From Camelus dromedarius (Eukaryota), in assembly GCF_036321535.1 (NCBI RefSeq), contig NC_087436.1, forward strand, positions 36,830,001-36,894,000: a stretch of DNA of 64,000 bases. The letters are read 5' to 3'. Positions within the stretch are counted from its first letter, which is position 1; each line of letters opens with the position of its first letter. This document shows, piece by piece, positions 13,290 through 26,067 of this stretch. A program made the translations under genes and the position numbers. The notes under the pieces were generated by a model. That model was not told where the DNA came from and ran no database searches. It worked only from the letters and a program-made list of their open reading frames with translations.

Positions 13290-14025
13290 GACTTTTCAAT
13301 TTCTTCCCAGGTTATTGGTCTTTTGGGATTTTCTACCTTTTCTCTAATTAATTTTAGTACTTTATTTTCCTGAGAAATCTGTATTTTCCTATTTGTTGGC
13401 ATAAGCTTCTGCCTACATACATACATACATGCTTTAGTGTAGAAAGCACAGGACAGATTTGAATCTCAGCCTCTCAGTTACCAGGTAGGTGATCTTGGGC
13501 TAATTTCTTAACCTCTTCCCAGCTCAATTTATCTTAATATTGGACTGGGAAAATACTTACCTCACAGGGTTGTTGAAAGATTTAAACAGTGTCTAGCTTA
13601 TGGCAAGTGATATTTTGTATTTTGTATTATTATTTGTCCATGATTTTTACAACTTCCTTTATATCTGTGATTCTATTCCTTCTTAATTCACTTTATTGGA
13701 ACATTTAGCAAATGCTTGTTTATTTCCTTGGTCTTTTCAAAGAACCAGCTCTTGAATTTAATCTATTGGTTCTTTTTAAATTAATCAGTATTTCAATTTA
13801 TCTTCAGTAATTCTCTGCTCCTTTCCCTCAGCTTATTTATTTTTGTTTTTTTTTTAGCTTTTTGTGTTCAGTACTTAATTCATTTCACTGTTTCTTGTTT
13901 ATGTTTAATAATAACTCTTCAAATACTAAAGTATTTTCTTCTGAGTTCTGCTTTATCCCAATCCCACAGAATTTGATATACTGCAATTTCATTATTACTA
14001 TTTTAAAATAACTTCATCAATTTTT
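13290..14025 (-). mobile_element. Old L1M ORF2 fragment
   Basis: Minus-strand peptide KLIREKVENPKRPITWEEIEK resembles L1 ORF2 (RLNQEEIENLNRPIT..EIE); tcttttcaaagaaccagct motif. Confidence 0.75.
13430..13610 (+). mobile_element. MIR SINE inserted in L1M
   Basis: tttgaatctcagcctc, gtgatcttgggctaatttcttaacctc, tacttacctcacagggttgttg. Confidence 0.75.
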
Positions 14026-14109
14026 GTCCTAACTACATTCCCAAGTAACATAACACAGCAAAATAAACATGCTGTAGTATCTCCTATGTTAAATGAAGTT
14101 CTTGGCCTT

Positions 14110-15800
14110 ATATACTCAGTGACCTCACCATTTTTCTGCTTTCATTTATAGCAATATTCCTCAAAATAGTTGTCCATATTTATTGTTTCCAATTATTCAC
14201 CTTTCATTCTCTCTTGTAGTCAGGCTTTTTAGCCCACCACTACGCTGAAACTACCTTTATCAGAATCACCAGTGATTTTCATTTTGCTAAATCCAAGGGT
14301 CATTTATTTTTAGTCCTCACCTGTGATGAAGCAGAATTCGATCACCCCTGCCCATCCTGAAACTTTCCTTCACTGGCTTTCAAGATATCACTTTTCCTAA
14401 TTTTCCTACTGCTTGGCAACTTCTTTACTGACTCCTGTTCATCTTCTCACCCTCTAACTGCTGAAGTGACTCAGGGCTTAGTCCTTGCTTTCTAGGTAAA
14501 TGATTTATTTTTCTTTATTTATTTTCTTATTTATTTTTCAAACCCACTCTTCCTTCTTGGGTGATATCTGAGGCACATTCATGTTTTTTCATGGTCATCA
14601 CTAAAGCGGTAACGAAGAGCCTCACACTGAGGAAAAAAAAAATTCCAAAGGGATATAAATAAAAACATCACTCTCAGTTTACTGCTTCTTTTTCCCCTCG
14701 GTCCCCTCCCCACTCTCCTTTTAAAATTTTTAATTTTTTAATTTAGTGAACAGTACTACTCTTCATTCAGTTACTTAAATCAGAAACATAGAGCTCCTCC
14801 TTAATAGTCCTCGTTCTCACCAGTTAACCCAGTCCATGTCACCTCTACCTTCCAAACACAGCCTGAACCCGCCCACTCACTCTCTCCACTGTTCTCACCA
14901 TAGTCCAAACCATCGTCAACCCCAGCAATTGCAACGGCGATTGCACTGTGGTTTGTTTTCCATACCGACGGAAAAAGCTCTTTAAAAATACAGGTCATGT
15001 TATGATTTCACTCGTATGTAGAATATAAAAAAACAAAACAAAATAAATGGACAAACCAAACTAAACAAAAACAACAGGTAAACATAGAGAAAGGAGTAGT
15101 GATTACCAGAGAGGAAGGGGTGGCGATGGGGAGTGAAATGGGTAAAGGGAAGGGGCAGTCATACGGAAACTAAATTTTTGGTGGTGAGCATCCTGTGAGG
15201 GTATACAGAAGTGAAAATATAATGTTGTACATATGAAACTTACAGAATGTTATAAACCAGTGTTACCTCGATTAGAATAAATAAAGTAAAAAAACAAAAC
15301 AAAACTGAAAAAATGTGTACGTATCACATTCCTCCCCATATCACATCCATCAATAGTCTCCTGTCACATTTAGAATAAAACCCGAGCTCCCACAAGGGGC
15401 TATGCGCTGCTCTTTGTCTCCTCTCCAGCCGTTCTCCCCATGTTCACTTGTGCTAACCCGGCACCCTAGTCCAGCTGGTCCCCACTTAGGATGGTCACTG
15501 GCTGCTTCCTTCTCTTGGAGTGCCCTCACCATATAGGTCTACGACTTGCTCCTGCACATTCCTGGGTCCCTGGTCAGTTGTTAACTCCTCAAAGAGGCCT
15601 TCCTTGACCACCATTCCTGTCTACTCGTACTTGGTTTTATTTTCCTTCATGGAACTTTCCTTCATTTATCTTTCACATAAAAATATTGGCTTATTTGCTT
15701 ATTGTTTGTCTTCCCCAGGAGACTATAAAAACCCCTGAGGAACTCTGTTCACTGCTGAACTCCCAGCACCCACAAGAGTGCTTGGCACACGGTACCCAAA
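14110..15800 (+). mobile_element. L2 LINE 3' region, interrupted by a younger L1
   Basis: tttatagcaatattcctcaaaatagttgtc, tcaccagtgattttcattttgctaaatccaa, ctgttcactgctgaactcccagcacccacaagagtgcttggcacac. Confidence 0.75.
14997..15310 (+). mobile_element. L1 3' UTR fragment (laurasiatherian type)
   Basis: tatgatttcactcgtatgtagaatataaaa, gtagtgattaccagagaggaagggg, aactaaatttttggtggtgagca, A-rich tail. Confidence 0.8.
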
Positions 15801-15824
15801 GTTGTGTGTAACAGTGTGTGATTT

Positions 15825-16695
15825 TACGTTTGATTTTTTTTCTCTAATCCAAGAGTTATTTAGAAGAGCACAATATTGCTAAAGTCTCTGTCTTGTGTGC
15901 TTGTTAATTTTTTATTGTAAATTTCTAGTTTTACTATATTGTGTTAGAGAATGTGTCCTGTTTGGTTTGAGAATTTATTGAACTATTGACTATTGTAAGT
16001 GTTTTATGGGCTTTGAGTAGAATATATATCCTCTGTAGAGTTAAATATATTATAGGCTTTGAGTAGAATATATTTCAAGCTTCTTAGTTGTATTATTTAA
16101 TAGTTCTATATTTTAAAATATTTTGGTTTACTTCATCCACCAAAGTCTAAAAGAAGTGTGCTAGTCTCCCACTGTAATTGTGACTTGTGTGAAATTTCCC
16201 TTTGCTCCTTTTAAGAAATATTTTGCTTAATGTTTCACATCTGTGTTAGTTGAATAAAAGCTAAATGCTATTATAGTTTCCTTTTAGATTTTATCTTTGT
16301 CCCATTTGATGCATTTTACTTTGAACTCTACTTCTTCTTACTTTATTATTGCCACCCTGCTATCTTGTTTTCTTACATTTATTGATATTCTTTATCAATC
16401 AATTGATGATGTTCTGGAATCTTTTAGTTACGAGTATTTGCAAACAGTACATACAGATGCCTTTTTTACTCAACCTGGTAATCTTTGCTAATCAAGAAAT
16501 TAGCCATTTTACAGATGTTACAGAATTAGTATGTTAACTCTGATTCTTGTTATCTTATTTGATGCCTTTTTTTTTTTGGTATTCTCCTTTTTCCTTCTTT
16601 TCTGAGTTTTCTGTGAAGATTCAATTTTTTCTTGAACATTTTCCCCTTTCTATTAATTTAGGAATTCTGCATCCAATTTTTTTTTATCCTAATAG
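15825..16695 (-). mobile_element. Old L1M fragment, probable continuation of 13290-14025
   Basis: gagttatttagaag, atttctagttttactatattgtgttagagaatgtg, agtctcccactgtaattgtg. Confidence 0.6.
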
Positions 16696-16699
16696 TGGT

Positions 16700-17221
16700 T
16701 ATTTAAGATTGCCACTTGGCTAAGAAGAATTGTCAAAAATGGCAATTCTCTCAAATGAAAATGAGAGAAGCAAAGCAAAGGAGTTTAAAATATTATTAAT
16801 ATGCTGATTTCTTTTAAAGCTAGAAAAGGAAAATTATGGGATTCTGGTTTTGGTGTAAATAAAATATTTAAACAAAATAATACTGTGAGTTTTAATACAT
16901 CTACTTTTCAATTTTTGATTTTTTTCAAAATTTACTGTTCTGGAGAAAAAAATTAATCACTGAAAAAACAACACATAAATGCATTTATATAGGGGCACAT
17001 AGTTCTCCTTTCACCTCAGACTCCAGCATGTCTTGGTACTGCCCTTGTCTTCATTGAAAATTTTCATAGTCTAAAACCATCATGGATTTTTTTTGTATTA
17101 ACATTGATTTTTTTCAAATTGCATTAAAATACTATTCATCTTGTTTACTGAGATTATTGGTGCCCACTTAAATTCTGTGCCTGAGGTGAATGCCTCACTT
17201 GCCTTTTCCTAACCCCCGCCC
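16700..17221 (+). mobile_element. hAT-Tip100 DNA transposon 3' end (Zaphod/MER115-like) with transposase remnant
   Basis: Translation from 16700 gives YLRLPLG*EELSKMAILSNENERSK, with KARK at 16816-16827; terminal region ttaaattctgtgcctgaggtgaatgcctcacttgcc...cccccgccc. Confidence 0.75.
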
Positions 17222-17229
17222 AATTTCAA

Positions 17230-18740
17230 AATTAAGTATGGTGTTTGCTGTTGGGTTTTTGCACTAATCTTTATTAGGTTAAGGTTGTTTCTTGCTTTTA
17301 CAAAAGTTTATTTCATAAATGGATGTTGAATTGAATCAAAAGCTTTTTCAGCTTCTCTTGAGAAGTTTGTATGAATTCCTCTTTTAATCTCTTCTGAAAT
17401 GAATTACATTGGTTCAAATCTTGTCTAATGCTGAACCTTATTAGCATTCCTGGAACAAATGCTACTTGTCCTATTTTTAAGAGACACAAATCCCATTTTT
17501 AATACTTTATATGATTTAATTTATTAATATTTTTACATATTTTTAATTTATATCCATATGGGATACTATTTGCTTATTGTTTCTTTGAGGGCTGTTTTTA
17601 TCAGGGCTATACCTCATGAAATGAGTTATGTGGCTTCCCCTGTTTACCTGTGCTCTAAAACTGCTGGGGAAGAAAAGAACTGTCTGTTCCTTAGAGGCCT
17701 GGTAGAAATGACCTAAAATTACCTGGGCCTGGTGCCACCAGTGGGAGAGCAGGGGAAGAGAGGCTATTATTTCAAAATACTCAGGTTTTCTATATCTTTT
17801 TGAGCCAATTTTAGAAGTTTATATTTTCCTAAAAAATTGTAAGAACTCTCCATTTAGGTTTTTTAATTACTGGCATAAAAGTATATTCTCTTATAATTAA
17901 AAATGTTTCCCTGTATCTGTAGTCACTTCTCATTTTTGTTCTTTTTGTTATTTCTTTTAGTTTATTTTAATTATTAGTGACTTTTAATTTTCTTTCATTA
18001 ATTTCTTCTTACCTTTTGCATGTATTCGTGTCTTGAGCTGAAAGCTTAATTCATTGATTTTATATATTACTTTTAATATTTAGAGCTTTTAGTTTTGTTC
18101 TGTTCTGAATCATTTGAATTTTTCATTTTGATTTCCTCTTTCAGTTAATACTTATTTAGAAGTGTTTTTATTCTTTTAATTTAGAGATGTGGATTTTCTG
18201 AATATATTTTTCTTATGAATCTCAATGGTATTGCATTGTGGTCTGTAAATGGGGCTTAGGTAATATAAACATTTGGAATTTGTTGATATTTTCTTTGTCA
18301 ATACATTGGCAATTTTGGGGACTGCTCCAAGTGTATTGGAAAAGAATGTGTATCCTTTCTTTGTTGGGTACAATGCTTTTTCCCTACATGTCTACTAAAG
18401 CAAATTTGGTAATTGGGTCATCCAAATTCTCTGTATTCTTGTTTATGTTTCATTTACTTCATCTGTTCTTTTCTGGGAGAGGTATGCAAGAACCTCATGG
18501 TAGGACCGTGTCTGTGTCTCTTATTCCTGGTAGCTCTGCCAACTCTTATTTAGCATATTTTGAAGCCATGTTGTTAGAGAAGCATAAAAATTCATGGCTA
18601 TTTCCTTATGGGTTATTATGCTTTTTGCCAATATAAAACATCTCTTTTTCTGCCCTTTTAAGACTTTGCACACTGAATTCTACTATGTCTGACATGATGT
18701 GTATTCTACTACAGCTTTCTTTTAGTTAGTATTTGCCTTT
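17230..18740 (-). mobile_element. Old L1M ORF2 fragments (RT and endonuclease regions)
   Basis: ORF 18176-18373 YPTKKGYTFFSNTLGAVPKI resembles the L1 endonuclease EYTFFS..HGT.SKIDH motif; aaatggatgttgaatt...gctttttcagc. Confidence 0.8.
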
Positions 18741-18889
18741 GTCATGGAAAATTATGATTCTGGATTGTATTTTGAAACTAGTATATTAAAGTGCAGAGTG
18801 GTACATATGTTAGAAAGGGAAAAATAAGAATATATACTAAAATTTGCTTGAATTTGCATTTAAAAATATTAGAAGAGTACACACGAAAG

Positions 18890-19722
18890 TAGGGAGGCAC
18901 TGACTACTCATTTTGGCCAAATGCTGAATGGCTGCATGTTAAAAATCAATAGGTGACTAAGCGCACAGCCAACACCAAATATTATCATCGCAGAATGACC
19001 TTTTGGGATATAAGTATATGAAATATAATTGAACTTATGTTATAATTACAATTTTATTATTAAAATTTATTAGTCACATTTTACCAGTTGACATCATAGT
19101 GCAGAGGCAATAATTCTTTTTCAGCACAGTCAGCAGCTATGGGAAATTATACTGGACATCTTTAATACCAGTTCCATTCTTTCAACTGAAGTGAATGTGG
19201 GAGCAAGAGACCTTCCTGGCCAGCTCTGGCAGTGTAAGGTCCTGCAAATGATGCTATTGCCACTGTTGTATTAATTTCGCCTTCTTCCCTGATGCAACTA
19301 AGATGAAGACAGCTTCTCTTCAACTCCTGGACTTGGAGATTTGGTCAATGGTAATGATGGATTCACAGCGAAGCAGTCCCACAAAGTCTATATACAGACT
19401 TCAGATTGTTACCTTTACTTATATTTTTTATTCTTAATATACTCAATTGAGACAAAATTTATCATTCAATTTTGAATCCAGAGATGTAGCATTCGAACTT
19501 CAAAAATGTCTTTCAAGATAATAAAATTACCTCTGACTTTCCAACTCATGTCAGTTATCCCTTTATGCACACCAATTTCAGAAACCTCCCTAGGATAGAA
19601 TAATAAATGACATAGAAATAGGTATTTGGTTGCTCAGTCTCCACAATACTGAGGCCCAAGCAAAAGCTGAAAATCATGTTGGCTGAATACTGAAGCCCAA
19701 GGCAAACCCTGATGCATCCACA
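18890..19722 (-). mobile_element. Ancient hAT-Ac-like non-autonomous DNA transposon (OldhAT1-like; family name tentative)
   Basis: Termini tagggaggcac and gatgcatccaca (decayed TAGGGATGCAC TIR); subterminal gccaaatgctgaat and gctgaatactgaa; minus-strand QQWQ*HHLQDLTLPELARKV, frameshift, PTFTSVERM at 19175-19268. Confidence 0.65.
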
Positions 19723-20249
19723 TACAAAACTAATAAAAGTGGAACCCTGTATATGTACTATCTATTAAAACTTTTTAATTAAAAATATTTTAAAAGTTAA
19801 CCTGAGTCACTTATTTACTTATGAAAATAGGCTTTTACTTATTTTTTAAAAACGTTACTTATTTACTTTACCTGTAAAAAAAAAGAAAGAAAGAAAAAAG
19901 CACTGCTTTTATTTCTCTTCTTAATCCTGAGAAAATCTGCACAGTCTTTATTATAATCGTTGTTAGTTTCAGCAGCAACAATGAGATACCAATAGTGGGC
20001 TATTTATTACAAGATTAGTACTAAAATTTATGCCTAAACCAGAGTTCACAGTATTAGGTGAGCAAGCATGGTTTTCTATGACTAACATGTTGACAAGTCT
20101 GTTCCTATAGCAAATACAGTAGTTCTCATGGTCTCAAGGTCATAGCTCAACCATCTCTGAGGTGTTTAAAACAAACTGCTCAACATTATCAGACAGCTCT
20201 TTGCCTCTTGTTGTAAATGGTCTTAGAAAAAGACTCAATTTCATTATTT

Positions 20250-20257
20250 GTTTATTT

Positions 20258-20304
<47 letters not shown>

Positions 20305-20382
20305 TTAGTGGTACTGGGAATTGAACCTAAGACCTCATGCACGCTAAGCACATGCCCTACCACTGAGTTACCCACCCTGCCT
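20250..20382 (-). mobile_element. Vic-1-like SINE with (TAAA)n tail
   Basis: gtactgggaattgaacctaagacctcatgcacgctaagcacatgccctaccactgagtta preceded by (TTTA)n. Confidence 0.85.
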
Positions 20383-21049
20383 CAGAAACTGTTTTACCTG
20401 GGCAAGATGTACAGTAAGCATAAACCTGACAAGAAAGGATGTTCACCTTAACTTGACCAATATTTATTTTCTTAGTGCCCTTAAAGTAAATGTCTTGAAA
20501 TTACTTTAAATTTTTACATTTATTCATATTACAGTAGGCTTTGTTCAGTTCAGCAATTTGCATTCATTTTCATAGCATTTGTTAATAGTCTTCCTTACTT
20601 TCAAGGTTCTTCACTAAATTGCCATTTAATCAAGAATGAAATAAAAATAAATGGTAATTACAATTTTCTATTTTCACAGCATGTGAGATCTATTTTATAT
20701 CTTTATTTTCAAACTTCCTGAATTATTTTTATAAATATCTCTCTTATAAACAGCTTGTAGCTGAATTTACTTCATAGAGTTTTGGTCTCTTTAACAAGCT
20801 AGTTACATTCACATTGTGATTTACTGATTATGTTGAGAATCGTTTCTCCAATTTTTTTCCATGCTTTGTACTTTGCACAATTTCTAGTTGGTTATTTCCC
20901 CCAACTTTTTTCTTTTTTGCCTCTTATTGTATTTAGATTTGTCTGATCCAAATTTTTGCTCATACATTTGAAACTGTCAGAAAAACTGAGACTACATATT
21001 TACATGAAAGAATTAATTAGAGGTTACATATTTTTAAAGACTTTAAACA

Positions 21050-23770
21050 GAAAAGACTAGATGGCTTGAGTAGCAAAATAGCTATAACTGAAGAATGAAT
21101 TAATGAGTTTAAGATCAAGACAAGAAATTCTTCTAGAATGCAGCAAAAGGATAAAAAGATGGTAAATCTGAACGAAAAGAAAAATGTTTAGGCCTCTTCT
21201 GATATTATTACATATAAGTACAGAATTTCCAGTATGAAGGAAGACTTGTGTGCTTGTGCTAAAAGAACACATCAAGTGCCAAGTAAGAGTTTTTTTTTTT
21301 AAATTCCAAATATAACACAAAACACTACCACCTCCAAGAACAAACTCTTTATATCTAGACATACTATAAAATTTTAGAGCATCAACAAATAAGAGAAAAC
21401 CCTAACAACTTCTGGAGTGGAAAGAGGAACTAAAAGACTAGTGTAAGATTTCTCATCAGCAACATTAGATGGAAGGTGATAGTGAAACACTGTATGAGAC
21501 TATTAATCATCTTGATACAAACCCAGATAAAAACAGCATAAAAAAGGAAAATAAAGGCCAATTATATTTATGAACACAGATGCAAAAAATTGTAAGGAAA
21601 AATACTACCAAACCAAATCAAAATAATGTATTACAAACAAATTGAATTATCCTAGGAATGCAAGAATTATTTTACATTAAAAATCAATAAATGTAATTCA
21701 CTATATTATTTTATTAAAGGAAAAGGCACTATTTGATTTTTTAATAATAAGGAAAACTTTTAACAAATTAAAAGTAACTAATGTTTGAATTTTTAGCAAA
21801 ACAGGAATAAAAAGGAACTTCTTTGATCAGGAAAAAAAAGTATAAAACAGAAACCTGTAAGAAATACTAACCTAAATGATAAAATGCTGGACATGTAACT
21901 TCTAAAATCAGAAATAAGACAAACATCACCATCACTGCTTGTTCTCAACATTATATTTTAGGTCAATAGGACAAAAAAAGAAGTGAAAGATATTAGAAAG
22001 GTGGAAGAAGGGGGAAAAATGTCTTTATTCAGAGAGATGAGTGGCGACACAGAAAATCCCAAAGAATTTATATCTTGAAATTAATAACAGAGTTTAGAAA
22101 GGTGGCTGACTATAAGATCAAGTATACAAAAATTAATTGGATTTCTATACTCCAGCAATACACAGAAAAATAATATAAATAATTTTTAAAAACACATACC
22201 ATTCATAACAGCAGCAAAAAATAAGATATTTAGGAATAAATGTAAGAATAAATGTGCAAGGCCTTTTATGGAGAAAAATTTCAACTTTGTTGAAATATAT
22301 CATGAAAAATCTTGGAAAAGAAACTTGCAACTGCAAAACTGTTAATTAATTCCAATTTAATCTATAGATTCAATGAGATTTCATTCATGACCTCAATAAT
22401 TTCTTTTTAAGTAGCTCAATTATCTTATAAGCAACCATGAGGTCCTAAAAATTAGCCAAGAGACTCCTGAATAAGAACAAAGTCCACTTGATGTGCAGAT
22501 ATGCTATGAAGTGATAGTAATGGATTATGTGCCTAGGTGCAGAGAGAGCCAAGATGACCACTGAAACAGTGTAGAACGCCCAGAAACAGATTCACACTTC
22601 ATAGAAGCTTGAAATATGGAAGAGATGGCATTGTATATACTGAGGAAAGGAAAGAGTATTCAATAAATGCTGAAACAATAAGTAATCCACATGGGAAAAA
22701 GTGAAATAGAATTTTCTGTATTACACAATACACAAAAAACAGTAAGAGATCCAAAGATACGACACAGAAGTTTTATAAGAAAATAAAGGAGTATATCATT
22801 AAACTCTCAGAGTAGAGAAGATTTTTTCAAACAAGATGAAAAAAGCATTAACCATAAAAGGTGAGATTGATAAATTTGACTATGATAACATTAAGAATTT
22901 CTTTTTATTAAAAAATCATGAAGTTTTTAAAAATCCATCAACTGTATTTATGCATATAAAATACAGCAAATTCACATATAATGAATAAAAGATTGATATC
23001 CAAAGATTTGTCACAAATCATGATGAAAGAAACAAGAAATCAAATATAAGAAAAAGGGAAAAAGCCATGAATAAGCATTTCAAAAGAAGAGGAAACATGA
23101 AAACTATTAAAATATATGAAAAGATGTCCAATCTCTTGAGTAATAAAAGAAAATGCAAATTGAAACCGTAAGAGATATATTTTATATCCCACAAATTAGG
23201 GGAAAATCAGAGTCTGATAACACAAAGTTGGAGAAAATATGGAATAGTGAAAACTTTTATACATTGCTGTAGCGGTCTGAATTGCTACAACCCCTCAGGA
23301 AAAACATTGGTGCTATCTAAGGTTGCAGAGCATCATAAGCCCAGAGTGCCAGCTGTAGGTATATATACCTTAGGGGGAATCTCTTGCATATACACACCAG
23401 TAGACATACAAAAATGTTCACAGCACCACTGTTATTAATAGAAAAAAAAAAAAAAAGAAAAAAGGGAGGGACAACCCAAATGTCCAGCAGTAGAGAAATG
23501 TATAAATAAAGTGAGGCATAGTCATACAACAGGATATATTGTAAACAATGAAAAAAATGAATAAATTGCAACCCTTTGCAAAAAAAAAAAATGGTAAAAA
23601 ACAGTAAGTCACAGAAAATTCAATATGGTATAACCTCATTCTAATAAAGTCCAAAAACAAGCAAAATTAAATAAAATGTTGTTTAGAGATGTATACATTT
23701 ATGGTAAAACTGTGGTGGAAATACAAGGGAAGGGTAAACACGATGGGAGTCCTGACAAGGAGAGGTGAAT
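21050..23770 (+). mobile_element. Old L1M: ORF1 remnant, ORF2 3' half and 3' UTR, heavily decayed
   Basis: gaagaatgaattaatgag (ORF1-like), tttatgaacacagatgcaaaa, aatctatagattcaatg, tattcaataaatgctg, caacccaaatgtccagcagtag. Confidence 0.8.
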
Positions 23771-23799
23771 GAGATCCAGGTGTGGCCAAAGAGATGAAG

Positions 23800-24185
23800 G
23801 AGTTTTTGAGGTACAAACTTCCAGTTGCAAAGTGAATGAATCATAGGTATGAAGTATACAGTGTGGGCTTTGTATGGTAACAGAAGGTAACTAGACTTAT
23901 CATGGTGATCATTTTGAAATGTACAGAAGTATTGAATCACTAGGATTCAGTATTTCTATACCAGGAAGTAATATAGTTTTGAATTATACTTCAAAAACAA
24001 ACAAACAACAACAACAACAACAAAAACAAGCAAACTCATAGAAAAAGAGATCAGATTTGTGGTTACCAGAAGTGGTGGGGCAGGGAGGAATTGGATGCAG
24101 GCAGCAAAAAGGCACAAACATTCAGTTATAAAATAAATAAGTACTAGGGATGTAATGTACAGCATGATGAATATAAAAAACACCA
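23800..24185 (+). mobile_element. L1MA-type 3' UTR fragments (two tandem pieces)
   Basis: aggtacaaacttccagtt; aaactcatagaaaaagagatcagatttgtggttaccaga; taagtactagggatgtaatgtacagcatg. Confidence 0.75.
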
Positions 24186-24215
24186 AAGGAAGAAATGAAA
24201 AACACATTGGCTTAA

Positions 24216-24271
24216 AACATGGAAGGAACCTAAATGTCCATTGACAGATGACTGGATAAAGAAGTTGTAAG

Positions 24272-24329
<58 letters not shown>

Positions 24330-24802
24330 ATACTACTCAGCCATAAAAAAAGGATAAAATAATGCCATTTGCAGCAACATGGATGGATCTGGAGATGATC
24401 ATACTAAGTGAAGTAAGTCAGACAGAGAAAGAAAAATACCATATGACATCCCTCATATGTGAAATCTAAAAAAAGGATACAAATGAACTTATTTACAAAA
24501 CAGAAATAGACTCACAGACATAGAAAAAATCCTTATGGTTACCAGGGGAGAAAGTGGGTAACAGAGGGATAAAGTGGGATTTCAGGATTTGCAGATACTA
24601 ACTACTATACATAAAACAGATAAACAAGGTCCTACTTGTAGCACAGGAACTGTGTTCAACACCTTATAATAGCCTATAATGAAAACAAATGTGAAAAGGA
24701 ATATATATGTATAACTGAATCACTATGGTGTATACCAGAAACTAACACAACATTGTAAACTGACTATATTTCAATGTAAACAAACAAACAAACCTAAAAA
24801 AA
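24216..24802 (+). mobile_element. Cetartiodactyl-type L1 3' end with internal (CA)n at 24274-24327
   Basis: aacctaaatgtccattgacagatgactggataaagaag, gccatttgcagcaacatggatgga, aactaacacaacattgtaaactgactata. Confidence 0.9.
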
Positions 24803-24929
24803 ATTGGCTTACAGTGACTTTTTCTAGGAGTTCACAAGCTCTCAATTTAATAATGTGTCCAGAATTTTGCTGCTGAATAATAATAATGATAAAAACAACA
24901 CCCACACTAATAATAACGATATTCATGAA

Positions 24930-25178
24930 AATCATCGTTATTTACTGAGTATATATTATTTCCAAAACATAGTACTAGTGCTATGTAGTCATTTTTCACT
25001 TAATCCTCCCAATAACCCCATGGGTTAGTATTGTAATATTAGTATTACAATTTTTCAGACAAGAAAATCAGAGCACAGAGTTCAAGTTATCTGCCAAAGT
25101 TTGTAAGCAGCCAGGGAGAGGTGTGCGGGAGTTCTAATCTGGGTCCATTTGACTCCTGAGCCTGGATTCTCAACCATT
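24930..25178 (-). mobile_element. MIR SINE
   Basis: atttactgag, cacttaatcctcccaataacccc, ttttcagacaagaaaatcagagcacagag, gactcctgagcc. Confidence 0.75.
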
Positions 25179-26067
25179 TATTGTCTTTCAGGGTAACTTT
25201 CAACTGAAAATCAGACTTGACATGTTCTAGCTCTTCTCTTCTTCTGAAATACCATGAATTCACCATTTCACTCTTGGATTATGCATCTTTCTTTCTGTTG
25301 CTTTTCCTGTCTCTAGTTTTTTCTCCTTTATAATGCAATTGGTATATCTAATGCTCAGTGTCAGATTAATCTTCTTAAAGATATTATCATGTCTCTGCCC
25401 TTAGAAAATTTTGAACCAAGTCAGCCAGCTTTTCAAAACACTCCAAAAAATACAACCACACTCAGTATGTTTGGACACCATTATCCAATACTCAGCCTCC
25501 TCTCTAGATCAGTACCCTCGCTTCGCTTTTCCTCCAGCACCTATTTCTGTGTTTGTTATTTCTGGCCAGTTTTACCCCGTCTTCCACCCCTCCCATACCC
25601 ACCCTGTGTTCTTGCCTCTTTTCCCTGCACCCTTACAGTTTATTCTATTTTTCTGTTCTCTGAATTCCTACTGCATCTGTAAGCCACTCTGTTTACTATG
25701 TTTCTAATAGTCCAAAGTGCTAGGCTAAAAACATAGAATGGAGTCTTTGCATTCAGTCAAACACCCTCACTTTGTAGATGAAGAAATAAAGATGTAGAAA
25801 ACATCTATGGTTTCCCAGGGTCTCCAGCTAGTTGGTAGTAACAGAGAGCTTCTGATTTGCCATCTTGTGTTCTTTCCTTTACACATATGACTAACTGGTA
25901 GTGTAGTTCGCTACTGTGTTGATTGGAATTGTTATCACTCAGTATTAGATTTTGTTGGTTTTCCAACAAACAGCTATTCCCCCTACCTTTTATTTTGACT
26001 TAACATTTTTTTTCTGATAACACCTTTCCCACACAATTTGGGTAAATAATCCTTATCCTTTTAATTC

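Noticed and set aside
16009..16073. CRISPR-like repeat-spacer-repeat
   Set aside because: Only two short repeats, in mammalian L1 context, with no cas genes.
25031..25050. Hairpin ttgtaata-ttag-tattacaa
   Set aside because: Short AT-rich inverted repeat inside a MIR; expected by chance.
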